From an uncultured archaeon (GTDB lineage Archaea; Thermoproteota; Bathyarchaeia; Bathyarchaeales; Bathycorpusculaceae), in NCBI GenBank assembly GCA_963782915.1, contig CAWALK010000018.1, forward strand, positions 32,001 through 96,000: DNA of 64,000 nucleotides, given 5' to 3'. Shown here one piece after another: positions 20,129 through 32,168 of the stretch. Each line of letters begins with the position of its first letter. The stretch's first letter is position 1. The notes beneath the pieces are model-generated. The model was not told the origin of the DNA, did no database searches, and worked only from the letters and a program-made list of their open reading frames with translations. A program made the position numbers and the translations under genes.

Positions 20129-21371
20129 TTAGACGAGGACGCTTGCGCCTGGAAACTTGTTAATCGCCACCACACCAATCAGATTGACGATTACGCCTAT
20201 GATGATGAGCACTTTGTGGTACCATTTCAGGTTCCCGCCCATACCCCGCACGGTCAAGAGGAACAGAAACGGGTAGAAATCCACGGCATATCGGTAGCCA
20301 AAACCCCAGCCTGTAGCGGCGTTAGTAAATATGACTGCGGCTATGCAAAAGACGGCTAGCCAACTCCACCATGTAACGGAATCTCTGATTTTGGATTTCA
20401 ACGCAAAGATAAAGGCTGGTGTGGTGAACCAGATTGCCATGCCACTCATGGGAAACTGAACGAAAGGCGCATTAGCAGTCAGCATTGGTAGCCCCAGCAA
20501 AAACGGCTTCAAGTTGTCGGTGATGTAAAGCAGACTGAAGTGGCCGTGGCTAAACCATGGTTCATCCAAAACGCCGGGTATCATCCAGTAACCGACGGGA
20601 AAGATAGTGCCGTATCGGACAAAGTTGTAGATGAATTCCAACCCTACAAAGACAGCCATACCAGCTGCCAATTTCAAGAGGTAAGGCAGGGCAGACTTGA
20701 ATTTATTTTTCCACTCGGCATTCTGTTGCTGCGAAATCGCCAATCCCACAAAAAAGAAGATGCCCAAAGCGGTTGGGAGTCGGCACCAGAAAGCCGCACC
20801 GACAAGCAAGCCTATGAGAAGGGGACGGTTTTTGTTAAAGCACTCATAAATTGCCAATAGCATGAAGAATGTGGCGATGACTTGCGCGATTAACCAGACG
20901 GAGCCGATGCTTGCTAAGTACCAGAAAATGGTGCCGAAGCCGAAATAGGACAGCAAACCAGATGTAAGTTGATTTTTTGGCAGCGTTGGCTTGCTTGGTT
21001 TTAGCCAATACACTTCTTGCCACAAGATAAGCCAATGGTACTGTGGCGGCGGCGAAGAATATCCCAAACAGGGTCTGGTTGAGTTCTAAGCCGAAGATTG
21101 CTACAAACGGCACCATCAACACCGCCGGCAAGGGTGGATAAACAACGTAGTAGCCTATTCCGGCAGGGTTAGGTATGAGTTCATTTAGCCAACTGGGATT
21201 ATCCAGCAAATAGAGACGCCCGTGCAGAAAAGCATCCGCCAGTCGCACATAATAATTGTAGTATGTAGCGTGTCCCTCGCCTGTTAGCCAAAAAACGATG
21301 AAAGCAACTACGAAGAGCACGATAAGTATTAGGAGGGTTTTGGTGAGGCGAGAGTGCAGTTTGCTTAGCAT
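20129..21371 (-). CDS. Polytopic membrane protein, GT-C-like glycosyltransferase (frameshift near 20950)
   Basis: LADAFLHGRL, YVVYPPLPA, YNFVRYG, FGYRYAVD; many TM helices. Confidence 0.7.
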
Positions 21372-21505
21372 GTGCTTTCAGGTTGCTATTTGGTGCTGGT
21401 TGATTTAAAACTATTCCGAAATCGAAAAACCAATTTGCCAAAGAATACGGTTGGGTTGTGCTTGCTGGGCAAATATTAAAATAATTTAGCCCTCAAACAG
21501 TAATT

Positions 21506-21922
21506 ATGGCAACTTCTAAACAAGCAGGGCTTGGTTGGACTTTTAGACTTCTTATGCTTTTTGTCGCAGTCAACATCATCGGAGACGTAGGCAACGTCAT
21601 ATTCTGGTGGGTTAACCCCGACTCGCGCGCTCTCTCGCTCAATACAGGCATCATCGGTGCAGCAGCCGGTGCGGATGCAGCTCTCATCGCGGGCACAGTT
21701 ATATTGTTGATAGTTGCGGCAGTCTACGCAGTTGGATTGTATGGGTTAAACAAGAAGCTTCAGTGGGCTCCACTGTTAATCATCGCCATATCCATCGCTA
21801 ACCGTGCACTCGCATTAGTGCTCTACTTGATCAGTCCAGCGTTTGCGTTCTGGGCAGTCTGGACAATCATACTGGTAGCGCTTTCGTATCTGGTTTGGCG
21901 AAAAATGAAAACCAAAGCCTAA
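21506..21922 (+). CDS. Membrane protein
   Basis: Four hydrophobic helices. Confidence 0.7.
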   Translation: MATSKQAGLGWTFRLLMLFVAVNIIGDVGNVIFWWVNPDSRALSLNTGIIGAAAGADAALIAGTVILLIVAAVYAVGLYGLNKKLQWAPLLIIAISIANRALALVLYLISPAFAFWAVWTIILVALSYLVWRKMKTKA

Positions 21923-21927
21923 CTGCA

Positions 21928-22419
21928 CTAAGCAGTGGTTTTGGGCGGCGCTTGATGCTTCTTACCTGACATGTAAGAGATATCTATTCTGCCAATCGTT
22001 GTTTTCTCTACTTTTTCAGGCTTAATTTTAGATAGCCTTGACTCGGGATTTATGGCAACTTGGCGAACAAGCATCTGCAATCCATGCCACTTCTCTTTCG
22101 GGTCAGTAACTAAGGTCATGGTGCCGCTGAAGTGAACAGACGTATAAGCGTAGTCGCATTCGTCGGTTACACCGAAATCCTGCACTGCTTGCCCCCAAAC
22201 ATGGTTGTTGGCTTGGGCGTAGACGAGTTTTTTGCCTTCAGGTGCACAGTGGAAATAGAGGCAGTTACGTTCTGGGTCATAACCGTGGCTTAAAGCGACG
22301 AGGTAGGGTTCGTTTTCTCTGCAAAGCGCAACGGTGACGTATTTTGTGGCTTTTAGAACTTGACGCATTTCGGCGGGGTCGGTGATTTCTCGTTCTTTTC
22401 GTCTAACATGAAATGACAT
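21928..22419 (-). CDS. Pyridoxamine 5'-phosphate oxidase-like (NimA-type) flavin-binding protein
   Basis: RRKEREI, PYLVALSHGY, LYFHCAPEGKK, YTSV, SGK. Confidence 0.85.
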   Translation of the reverse strand: MSFHVRRKEREITDPAEMRQVLKATKYVTVALCRENEPYLVALSHGYDPERNCLYFHCAPEGKKLVYAQANNHVWGQAVQDFGVTDECDYAYTSVHFSGTMTLVTDPKEKWHGLQMLVRQVAINPESRLSKIKPEKVEKTTIGRIDISYMSGKKHQAPPKTTA

Positions 22420-22519
22420 ATTTGAGATTAGAGGGTGCTGAGGATTTATTGTTTGCTGATTGGGGTTTTTGAGGAAACGTTAAATCAACCGCTCGATAAA
22501 GCTAGAATTGGTGTATCGT

Positions 22520-23030
22520 ATGGATGGTAAAATTAAGTTTTTAACTATTTTATTGGCTGCTTTATCTAGTTAGTGCCGCCACAAGTTATGCTACAACTTC
22601 ACTTTATTTGACAAGTATCTACCGGGACAATCGTCTGGAACTGGCAACCAAGTTGATGTAAACAATTTACCCCCGAGATGGTGCAGCAGATATCCGATGA
22701 AATCGTGATGGAATTAACTAAAGCACAACATTTCACTACCCTTTGAAGTGGATTACTAATGGCGGCAGCGACTCTTTGTAAAAGTGCATAGTCAATAACA
22801 TTCGAGAACCTGACGATAACATTTATCAGTACACGAGTATAAGCTGATGGAGTCAGTACATATTGAAAGTATTGACTATGGCGCATTCATTCCTGCTTGG
22901 GGCGAGGCGTAGTCATTAACTTATGGTGAAGTCACCTGAATTCATACTATCGAGTTCCATACAGCGTGCTTGAACAGTGCACAGAAACAACAGTGAACAG
23001 TAATGGCTGCAGATAGTCTTTGAGGGTAAT
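22520..23030 (+). pseudogene. Degraded or badly sequenced secreted-protein gene
   Basis: MDGKIKFLTILLAA signal-like start followed by multiple frame breaks. Confidence 0.3.
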
Positions 23031-23128
23031 CCTCAACTTGAGGTTCTTGGAGTATTCGGTTACGTCTAGTAATGCTTAATGCCCATTTTTTGGTGCTTCT
23101 GGATCTTCGAAAAGCCTTAAGTTTGTTT

Positions 23129-23608
23129 TTAAGTAAATCCAACTATATCAGGTGTAAAAATCGAAAGCGAAGCCAACAGATAATTTAATGGATAAACCCC
23201 AGGGTACTCAAACAGGTTGCCGCCATACGAACCGATGATGTTTGCCATGTAGCCGAATAGCTGGAAAAGCGACCAAGCCGTCACCCAAACCATCGCCCCA
23301 GCTAAACGGTAACCATACTTGCGCCGCCTGCTAATTGTCTGCCCAGAATTACGAGCTGTAAAAAAGATTTCACCCGCCACTGCACCAGCCGCACCCGGAA
23401 AGAAAGCATTAACCAAAATTTTCTCCACCAAGTTGCCCGGCACAAAATGGTCAATCCATGGTGTCTCCAAAAGACCCAAAAGGGGCAAAACCACGTTGCC
23501 AGTCACAAGCCTGATCATCACAGGTATGGCATAGATGATTAAGCCGCAGATTTGCCAAACCCAGAACCGCCGTGAACGCAGAGTGCTTGCTATGGCATGC
23601 TTTAACAT
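23129..23608 (-). CDS. Membrane protein
   Basis: Several TM helices; 3' end may be frameshifted. Confidence 0.7.
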   Translation of the reverse strand: MLKHAIASTLRSRRFWVWQICGLIIYAIPVMIRLVTGNVVLPLLGLLETPWIDHFVPGNLVEKILVNAFFPGAAGAVAGEIFFTARNSGQTISRRRKYGYRLAGAMVWVTAWSLFQLFGYMANIIGSYGGNLFEYPGVYPLNYLLASLSIFTPDIVGFT

Positions 23609-23699
23609 AGAACATTAACAAAGTGGTCAGGTTTTTAAAAGGCTTACCAAATGCAGGTACAATCAAATTATGGATGCTAATAGAGGATCTATGCAGAAA

Positions 23700-23775
23700 C
23701 TATAGGGGATAGGGGGTAACTGGAGAACAACAAAAACCTTCTCTATTTATGCCTTTAAATAAGGGAGGGGGTAGG
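23700..23775 (+). repeat. Dispersed G-rich repeat, tandem copies B1/B2
   Basis: CTATAGGGGATAGGGGGTAACTGGAGAACAACAAA and TTTAAATAAGGGAGGGGGTAGG. Confidence 0.6.
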
Positions 23776-23809
23776 TGCTCCGAGGTAGGTAGAGGGTTTC
23801 AACGTAGGT

Positions 23810-26246
23810 TTATTGGCGTTTTAGCATGTTCTCAAGGATGGGCTTGAGTTTGGCATTTTCGGTTTGTATCTTTTCTTTGCCCAGTGCTTTGCGTTGGCTG
23901 TCGATTTCTTTGATGACTTCCGCGTAATGGATGCCTTCGGCGGCTGAAATGTATTCGACTCTGAAGCGTTCGGGGCTCATGCCCAGTTTGGTTAGCATGC
24001 CTTTGAGGGCGTCGGTGCGGTTTTTCATTTTGTAGTTGCCGTTGATGTAGTGGCAGTCATATGGCATGTGGCATGCCCCGACCAGTACTGCTCCTGCGCC
24101 TAAACGGAGGGCTTCGAGGATGAATTCGCGGTTGACTCTTCCGCTGCACATGACTCGGATGGCGCGTACGCTTGCGGGGTAATCGCATCGGCTTGATGCC
24201 TGCTAAGTCTGCTCCGGCGTAGCTGCACCAGTTGCAGAGGAACGCGAGGATTTTGTCTTCTGGATTAGTTTCTAAGGCTGCTCGGATTTGAGCCATAACT
24301 TGGGCGTCAGTGAAATGCATCTGGGTAATCGCATGGGATGGGCATTCGGCGACGCATGTTCCGCAGCCATGGCAACTGGCAGTGATTATGTTGGCGGGTT
24401 GCCCTTTTTCTTGGCGAATAGCGCCATATGGGCATTTATCCACGCAGACACCGCATTTTTTGCATTTGGATTCATCAACGATGCTGATGATGGGTTCAAT
24501 CTTCCATTTCGGCTTACTAATCACCGTTGCCGCACGCGATGCAGCGCCGCTTCCCTGCGAAACACTATAGGGAATGTCTTTGAGTCCTGCACAGGCTCCT
24601 GCGTAGAAGATGCCGTCTGTTGGTGCGTCGAGGGGTTTTAGTTTGGGGTGTGCTTCCATGAAGAATCCGTCGGCGTCGCGGCTGAGGTTGAGTATTCGGG
24701 CGATGTCTTCTGAGCCCTTCTTTGGGATAGAGGCGGTGGCGAGCACGACCATGTCTGCTTCGACTTCGATGGGTTGCCCAAGAAGAGAATCCTCACTATG
24801 CACAACCAAGTTGTGTGTGGCTGGGGTCTTCGTCGATTCGACTAACCCTACCGCGGATAAAATTCACGCCTCGTTCCCGTGCGCGGTCATAGAATTCTTC
24901 GTATCCTTTGCCGGGGCTGCGGATGTCAATGTAGAAAACGTAGACTTCCACGTCTTGCTTGTACTTCTCTTTAAGTTGCACGACATGTTTGAGGGTGTAC
25001 ATGCAGCCGAAGTTGCAGCAGTATGGGTAATGTTGTTTGTCTCGGCTGCCGACGCATTGGATGAATGCGATGCGGTGGGGTTTGGCTCCGTCGCTTTGGC
25101 GGATGACTTTGCCGCCTGTTGGTCCAGCTGCGAGTATTAGGCGTTCGAATTCCATGCTTGTGATGACGTTGGGGTATTTGCCGTAACCAAGCAGTGGCAT
25201 GTCGTATGGTTCGTAAACGTCAAAACCCGTGGATACGATTATTGCGCCGACGTCGATGTCAACTTCTTCGGGTTTCTGGTCAAAATCAATCGCGTCACGT
25301 TCACCGCAGACATCAGTGCACTTGAAGCATTCAATGCAGTAATCCTTGTTAATGGAGTAAACCAGCGGGACCGCCTGGTCGAATGGAACCGAGATGGCTT
25401 TCCTTGTGCCAAGGTTCATGTCCCATTCGTTAGGGTACTCAATGGGGCAAGCATCCTTGCATTCACCGCAACCCGTACATTTCTCAGCAACCACATAGCG
25501 GGGGTTCTTGCGGATTTTCACTTTAAAGTTGCCAACATAACCGTCGCATCGGACGAGTTCGCTGTTGGCAAAGATTGTGATGTTTGGGTGACGTGCGCAA
25601 TCCACCATCTTTGGACCTTCGATGCAGATGCTGCAGTCCAGGGTGGGGAAGGTTTTGTCGAGTGCCGCCATGTGACCGCCGATGCTCTCGCCCTTTTCGA
25701 GCATGTAGACTTTGAAGCCTTGATCGGCTAAATCAAGCGCTGCATTCATGCCTGCGATTCCGCCGCCGACTATGAGTGCCTTGTTGGTTACTGGGACTTC
25801 GATGGTTTGCAGCGGCTGCATTAATCGTACTTTGGCAACAGCCATTTTAACCGTGTCTTTGGCGCGTTCCGTGGCTGCGGCTGGGTCGCTTTGGTGGCAC
25901 CAAGAAGAGAATTCGCGGATGTTTGCCATTTCGTAGAGGAAACTGTTGAGGCCTGCTTCGGCGACTGTTCTCGGAAAGTGGGTTCATGCATGCGTGGGCA
26001 GCAGGCGGCGATGACTACGCGGTTAAGCTTCTGCTGTTTGATGGCTTTGCGGATTTCGTCCTGTCCAGGGTCAGCGCAGGTGTAGCGGTTTTCTTTCACA
26101 TAGACAACGTCAGGTATGGTTTTGGCGTATTCAGCGACTGCATGGACGTCTACTGTGCCTGCGATGTTGAGTCCGCAGTGGCAAACAAAAACGCCTACTC
26201 GGAGCTCTTCAGGTTTCTGTGCTGGTGGGTTAGTTGGATTGTTCAT
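23810..26246 (-). CDS. hdrA: Heterodisulfide reductase subunit A fused to MvhD (frameshifted)
   Basis: GVFVCHCGLNIAG, ANIRE, GGGIAG, LDKTFPTLDCSIC, IQCVGSRD, EAHPKLKP, ferredoxin motifs, then in-frame AFLCNWCSYAGAD and CSGRV of MvhD. Confidence 0.92.
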
Positions 26247-27183
26247 TTCTTTTTCATCTCCTCAACGATGAAGCGTTTATCGACTAAGTGGCGTCTGATG
26301 TCTGTTGCCTGCGCCGTAAATTCTTTGGTGGCGCTCTCGGGGCTTGTGATGCGTTCAAGCGTTTTGTTCCATGTTCCCGAATGCACTGGCGTATGGAGGA
26401 CTTTTGCTGCGGTGAACTGCTAAGGCATCAGGGGCTGGGCAAACGTTTTTGCATGCACCACAATACGTGCAGGTTAAATCGTTAACGATGACTTTCTTGT
26501 CTTCGCCAACCGATAAGGTGCCAGCTATTGGGCATACGTCAACGCAGTTGTGGCAGCCGTCTGGGCATTTCTTTTGGTCGATGCTGATTTTGCCTTCAAA
26601 CGCCTTCTTAACCACAATTGCGCCTGGACCGCACTTGAATTCGCATGCTCGACAGGTTGGGCAATACTGTTTTTTGATGTCTAACGGTGATTTGGACTCG
26701 TTTTTTGCCAGTCGGCGACAGTTTGGAAACATCCTCGACTGGTTTGCCGTCGAAACCAACTTTTGAAATTTGGATTAGTTTGAGTGGACATGCGGATTCG
26801 CATTCGATGCATTCTTTGTCGCATTTGCGGGTGTCCACGGCTATGTCGCTGATAAGTTGTGGATAGCTCTCTTTGGCTACGATGGGTAGGTCATGGGTGC
26901 CGTTTTGGGTAACTTTAACTGCGCCATAGGGGCAGGTGACGTCGCAGATACCACAGAAATTGCATTTCGCCAAGTCAATGTCGATTTTGGCTTTTTTAGC
27001 CGCTTCACCCTCTGCTTTGGGTTGTTTGTGGGTGGTTATGGCAGCTTTGGGGCAGGCAAGTGCACAGATTTCGCAGCCGACACAACGGTTCTTGTCCAGG
27101 GTTAACTTGTAATTTTTAACCTGCAAAACCCAATCTAACACTAAAGCGTCTGCCGAATCCTGTTTTGTTGTTTTAAACGGCAT
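26243..27183 (-). CDS. Polyferredoxin (multi-4Fe-4S, FwdF-like), frameshifted
   Basis: Repeated CxxCxxCxxxCP motifs; stop overlaps the hdrA start (ATGA). Confidence 0.85.
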
Positions 27184-27550
27184 TAATTGTCACCCATGGA
27201 GCACCAAGCGTTCTCGTTTGGATTTCTCCACTGTTAAGAGGAAGTTGTTATTGAGATTGCGATGTTTGTGTAATAAATATTGCTTGGTAAAAAAATGATT
27301 TTCGCCAGTGGACCCCTTTTTAATTAGTTGATAATGGCAATATGCGTCTTACACACTTCTTCAGTAGGCTTAGCTGTGGCGTCTGTTTTTGGTCAGCGTT
27401 TGGTTTGGGTTGCAGATTGGTTGTAGAGTTTCCCCAAGCAGAACTGAAAGCATTGTTGGAGCTTACTACTTAAGCTACGAATGCAGAGACTAGCCTGATG
27501 CGCCTCACTCAACGTTATTTACACCAGAGATAACCATATGGCAGAGCGTT

Positions 27551-27608
27551 CTGCTGCTCTGCCAAGTACCCCCTCCCCTATAAATAGAATAACACTTGCA
27601 GCCTAACC
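27551..27608 (-). repeat. Dispersed G-rich repeat, copy C
   Basis: Reverse strand GGTTAGGCTGCAAGTGTTATTCTATTTATAGGGGAGGGGGTACTTGGCAGAGCAGCAG aligns with copy A over about 58 bp. Confidence 0.7.
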
Positions 27609-27743
27609 CTATCGAAGTATCATGCATCCATTGAATATGCACATAGATGCATATCAACACTTGTCAGGCATGGCTTGTTCGAGATGCACGTTTGCAGCAG
27701 ACCAGTCTGCAACATTAACTATTTTTTTTGAGTGCTTAACTGG

Positions 27744-28460
27744 TCAGGGCAAATCAAACAATCGTCCTAAAGAAACCGCTGATTTGGCTTTCATTAACCG
27801 CAGGGCAGCCCACAGCGTCGCCGAATTACTACTAACCACGGGCTTACCCAACTGCCGCTCAAGAGCAGATAAAACCTCAAAAGTACGGAAGTTAGTGCAA
27901 CTGATGAATATAGCATCTGCATCGTTCGAGTCAACGGTTTTAGCTAAGGCTTGAGCATCGTCGGGGGTTAAATTGCCAATCTTGAGGTTTTCTTTAATGT
28001 TCAATGACTGCGAATTAAGGACTTGAAATCCGTTTCTTTCAAGAAAACTAACTTCTCTATCGGTTACTTCTTGGAGGTAGGGCGTCGCCAAACATATCTT
28101 CCGCACCTTCAACGCCTTCAAAGCATCAACTACCGCCCCCGAAGTCGTCAACGCAGGGCAACCCGCGGCTTCACTAATCCGTTTAGCAAGAAGCGCATCA
28201 TAACCCAAGCCTTTGATGAGGCTGCCTGATGTGCAAGCAAACGCAACCACATCTACCTCGGCATCCTTCAAGAGCCGTGCGGCACCATCCAGCTCCGCCT
28301 CCATCCCCTCCAACCCCTCAACAGTTACATCGTTTAGGTGAACTCGGGCATAATGCACAGAAACATCAGTGCCTTGCAGGGCGCTTGAAAATTCAGTTTC
28401 AACAGTCGTGTTCGATGAGGGTATGATTATGCCGAGCCTTTGCATGCACAAAGATACCAA
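27744..28460 (-). CDS. Maleate cis-trans isomerase / Asp-Glu racemase family
   Basis: GIIIPSSNTTVE, FACTSGS, ATPY, FISCTNF, PVVSSN. Confidence 0.88.
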   Translation of the reverse strand: MVSLCMQRLGIIIPSSNTTVETEFSSALQGTDVSVHYARVHLNDVTVEGLEGMEAELDGAARLLKDAEVDVVAFACTSGSLIKGLGYDALLAKRISEAAGCPALTTSGAVVDALKALKVRKICLATPYLQEVTDREVSFLERNGFQVLNSQSLNIKENLKIGNLTPDDAQALAKTVDSNDADAIFISCTNFRTFEVLSALERQLGKPVVSSNSATLWAALRLMKAKSAVSLGRLFDLP

Positions 28461-28487
28461 AAGCAGGTATTTGTAACTTTACAAAAC

Positions 28488-29171
28488 CTAAGCAGATGCT
28501 GCTGACTTGTTCTTGGCAGGGCTAAACCGTTGTTTATACATGTATACAAGCGTCTTTAGCACTGCAATACTGAAGAGCACAAGGTAAAAAATATGCGCAA
28601 GAGCTAAAGTTGGTTCAGTTAAAAGCAATGAATCGCTGAAGGGGTAACCGATTGTGCTGGGCAACAGCACTGTGGCGATGGGAATGATTAGCACCAAATT
28701 GGTTTTATCAGCCTTAAAGAAGACTTTCCAGTCACCCGATTTATAGAGAATCAGCGAGGCAACAACAAACAACGTGACTTCAAGGACCATATTTACTGGG
28801 CTGAAAATGTCGATGTAATACGAGCCTAACTCGTGAAGCCCAAACTGAGCATTAGATAGCGGCCAGAGCAGTTGTAGTTTTCCGCCGATGAGGAAGTCAC
28901 CGATTAATGAATGAGAAATCAAAGCCAAAAAATATGGAATTGCGGTTTTTCGGTAATGGATGAATATGGGAATGAAAACCAGCGCCGCCACAACTATGGA
29001 GTGCGTTGGGCCCCTGTGTATTTCAGCGCCAGTCAGAAAATCATAGATTATATCGATGTCTGGGAGTATGGAGAGAACCAGCAGTATGGGTATGTTTAGT
29101 TTTGTATGCAGCGCCTTCGAGGAGCCTTTTCCCAGAAGGTACGCGATAGCCATATGGCCCACAGCAAACAA
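28488..29171 (-). CDS. Membrane metal-dependent hydrolase (YdjM-like)
   Basis: GH, LPDID, HRGPTHS, SHSLIGD, LLWP. Confidence 0.85.
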   Translation of the reverse strand: MFAVGHMAIAYLLGKGSSKALHTKLNIPILLVLSILPDIDIIYDFLTGAEIHRGPTHSIVVAALVFIPIFIHYRKTAIPYFLALISHSLIGDFLIGGKLQLLWPLSNAQFGLHELGSYYIDIFSPVNMVLEVTLFVVASLILYKSGDWKVFFKADKTNLVLIIPIATVLLPSTIGYPFSDSLLLTEPTLALAHIFYLVLFSIAVLKTLVYMYKQRFSPAKNKSAASA

Positions 29172-29374
29172 TTGGTTCGTCTCCGCAAATCCAGAAAATT
29201 CAGTTTGCTTGGCTTTTAAGGGTTAGGGTTAAATTTAGGTGAACGTTAGCCGCAACCAAATTTTGGTTGACAGAATAACTAACGGACACAAAATACGCTA
29301 TAGATAACTAATGAACAGAATTACTATGCAGCCGAGTAGACAACAGATTCATTCGTTAATGAAAATGCAGACTT

Positions 29375-29590
29375 TTAGCCCATGCCCATCGCACGCATAA
29401 GGACCGTAACAAGAAAACCAACACCACAACCAATCGCAATAAACCGCAACAAACGCTTATCCAAAACAATCCTCGAAGCATAAGCAGGCGAAGCATACAA
29501 CAACTCAGAAGTGACAAGCAAAATAATAGCTATCACCGCAAGCAACAAACTAATATCAGGGATTCCAAGAGGAAAAACCATACTTCCCAC
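29375..29590 (-). CDS. Small membrane protein
   Basis: Two TM helices; LLVTSELL motif. Confidence 0.7.
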   Translation of the reverse strand: MGSMVFPLGIPDISLLLAVIAIILLVTSELLYASPAYASRIVLDKRLLRFIAIGCGVGFLVTVLMRAMGMG

Positions 29591-30378
29591 TACACAAAAC
29601 TCAACACAACATTAACACTATTACCGGGCAATTGCACCAGTTCTTTTATAACCACAGTTTTACCGGAAGCTTTAGCGAATGCACAAGCAACCGCACTGAC
29701 AACGGGGCACCCCAGCATATCAACGCTTTTTGGTTTACTTTCCGGATTATACAAGCTGTCATAGATTATGCCTGTGGCTTTAAAGTTGGCACCGTTTGGC
29801 AGCAAAGACATATCGGCGTTTCTTGCCAAATTAAGATTCTCCGTCAAGCACCTTGGCAGTAATTCGCAGAGTTCAGTAAGATTGATTTTGCTTAAATCAA
29901 GCCTCAACTGCTTCTCTACTTGAGCCATAATGCCTGAGCCGGGAGAAGTGATAAAGAACCCGCGGGTTTGGGCGGAAATAAATTTGCCAGTTGCCAATTC
30001 ATCAATCGAGGGTTTCCCATTGAAGCTTTCAGAAACGAAGACAACGGGTTCCCTTAGGTTCTTGAGGTATTCCGGTAAAAACACATCTTTTGGGTAAGCT
30101 GGAATATAGAAGCCTTGCCCATTATATTTTAAATCGTTAATCATTCGATCGACAGTTGTATAGGTGGAGCGTGCACTGCTGTCAAGGAGGCTGGTTTCAA
30201 CGTATTTTCCGCTTCTGGTCAACGCTAATACTGCGCCCCAAAAAGTTAATCCTAAACCGATAAACGCTGCAATCTGCATCCCCAATAACATGGAGAAAAC
30301 TAGTAAAACTACTCCAGCAGCTAAAAAAGCACCAGCAAACTGTAGAGCGACATTGCTTTTCTTACGCACAGACGACAA
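29590..30378 (-). CDS. Conserved archaeal membrane-anchored protein
   Basis: Two N-terminal TMs, GFYIP, LGCPVVSAVACA. Confidence 0.7.
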   Translation of the reverse strand: MSSVRKKSNVALQFAGAFLAAGVVLLVFSMLLGMQIAAFIGLGLTFWGAVLALTRSGKYVETSLLDSSARSTYTTVDRMINDLKYNGQGFYIPAYPKDVFLPEYLKNLREPVVFVSESFNGKPSIDELATGKFISAQTRGFFITSPGSGIMAQVEKQLRLDLSKINLTELCELLPRCLTENLNLARNADMSLLPNGANFKATGIIYDSLYNPESKPKSVDMLGCPVVSAVACAFAKASGKTVVIKELVQLPGNSVNVVLSFV

Positions 30379-30473
30379 TACAAAAAAATCTCCTATAATG
30401 AACTATTAAGGAAGCTCCTTAATGCTTCTATACTAAATACTAAAAAGAGATGTATAAGGTTTCCTCATAGTGC

Positions 30474-32145
30474 TTATTCGCCATTCTGGGTGACTTTTGC
30501 TTTGCCCCGACACATTTTGCGCATGTACAGCAAAGCAACACCCAAAACCTTCGAAACCACCCCCAAACCTGAAAACATCGTTCGGAAATTCTCTATATCC
30601 ATATGGTTTACGGCGCCAAGAAAAGGAGCCATAGCCAAATAAACAAGCACAAACACCACAAACCCAGCCGCCAAAACTACTACATAGGGCAAACTCAAAA
30701 AGCTAACTAACAAATAAGCGGCTCCGGAAGCAAGCAGTGAAGCAAGTAAAATTTTACCTGAGTTGCCGAAATCAGCTTTGACATGATAGTTTCTCCAGCA
30801 CCAAACAATGCCCCAAATTGTTCCCGGTAAGCTTGCGATGAGTGCACCGAGTATGCCACCGACTACCGCAAATGAATCACCGCCAATTTGCTCAAAATAG
30901 GCAACCATGAAGAAGGCAAGCGGTATTCCGGCAAATAACGAAAGAAGACTCTGATACATGATCTGACGGGTTTTTCCTATACCTGCCTGGAAGGTTCCAA
31001 GACTAATGTTGCCAACCAAAACTAGCAGGTTGACGGCGACGGAGAGCGTTAAAAATATTGGTGCAAACGGAAACTTGGGAACAGGATCCACTACGAAAAG
31101 AGATTTCATGATGCCTTCTGCAGGGAATAATGTATTGACCAATGGAGTTGCCAAGGTAATAATCATAAATGTAGCCGGAACAAGCAGCAACGATGTGTAC
31201 TTTACGGAGGAGGCAAAAACAGTCTTAACCAGTTCAGGCTCTTTTTCAGGGTTCATTTTGGCAAAAACCGGAAACAATGCAGTCGTCACCGGAACCGAAA
31301 CGAACGTTAAAAGGACTGCAAAGTTGATGGCTGAAAAATAGTTACCCATCATCCAGGTGCCAGCATAAATCGACATCGTAAAAGCGAAAGCCTGAGGCAT
31401 AACACCAATCACGATGGTTGAAAACGTCAGGGGCAAACCGAACTTTAGCATAGGCTTCAGCGTTGCTTTGATGTCACATTTGCCAGTCTTACATTTACGA
31501 AGCGGCTTGAACAGCGCATAATAAACTATGACACCACCTATGAGTGCACCCGCAACAACAGAAACCACAGTTGCAGTAATCGCACCTAAAACACCAAAAC
31601 CCAAAATAACCAAAAGCGGACCAAGAGCAGTTTTAACAATAGCTTGTAACACTGTGGTGAAGCTGTTGAGTTTCATACGTTCAAAGCCCACAAAGATGCC
31701 TTGTCCTGCAGAAGCGAGAGCACCGGCGAAGATGGACAGCGACATTATGGATATGTAAACATGTAAGTTGGGAAGCATTTTCTGGACTAATAATTAGCGC
31801 CAGCGGCGAAGCGATGGCAAAACAAACCAGAGCTAGTATGGCTCCGCTGATGAGTTCAAAAATCACTCCTGAGTAGATAGCATCATGTATCTGTGCTTCT
31901 TTACCTTCCCCTCGCAGGTTAGCTATAGTTTTAGTTAAGGCAGAATTGACGCCCCAATCCCTGAAATAGTTGATTATGGTTGCAGGAATCAAAGCCATGC
32001 CAAAGAGGCCAACTTCATCAACTGTTAATAAGCCCTGGAGAACCAAAGTGCCAAGAGCCATAATAACGGTTGATCCAACTACGCCTAGAAGTAGATGGAA
32101 ACTTCCAGTAGCGGATGATTTACCCATCTCCAAAGCTTTACTCAT
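30474..32145 (-). CDS. Oligosaccharide flippase (Wzx/MATE-like), frameshifted
   Basis: Many TMs, DWGVNSALTK, LKFGLPL, ALFPVFAK. Confidence 0.85.
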
Positions 32146-32168
32146 TTAGCCACCAGTAAATGCTTGGT

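Noticed and set aside
23810-26246. Selenocysteine in HdrA/MvhD
   Set aside because: The motif positions I read are Cys codons and the breaks are indels, not in-frame TGA
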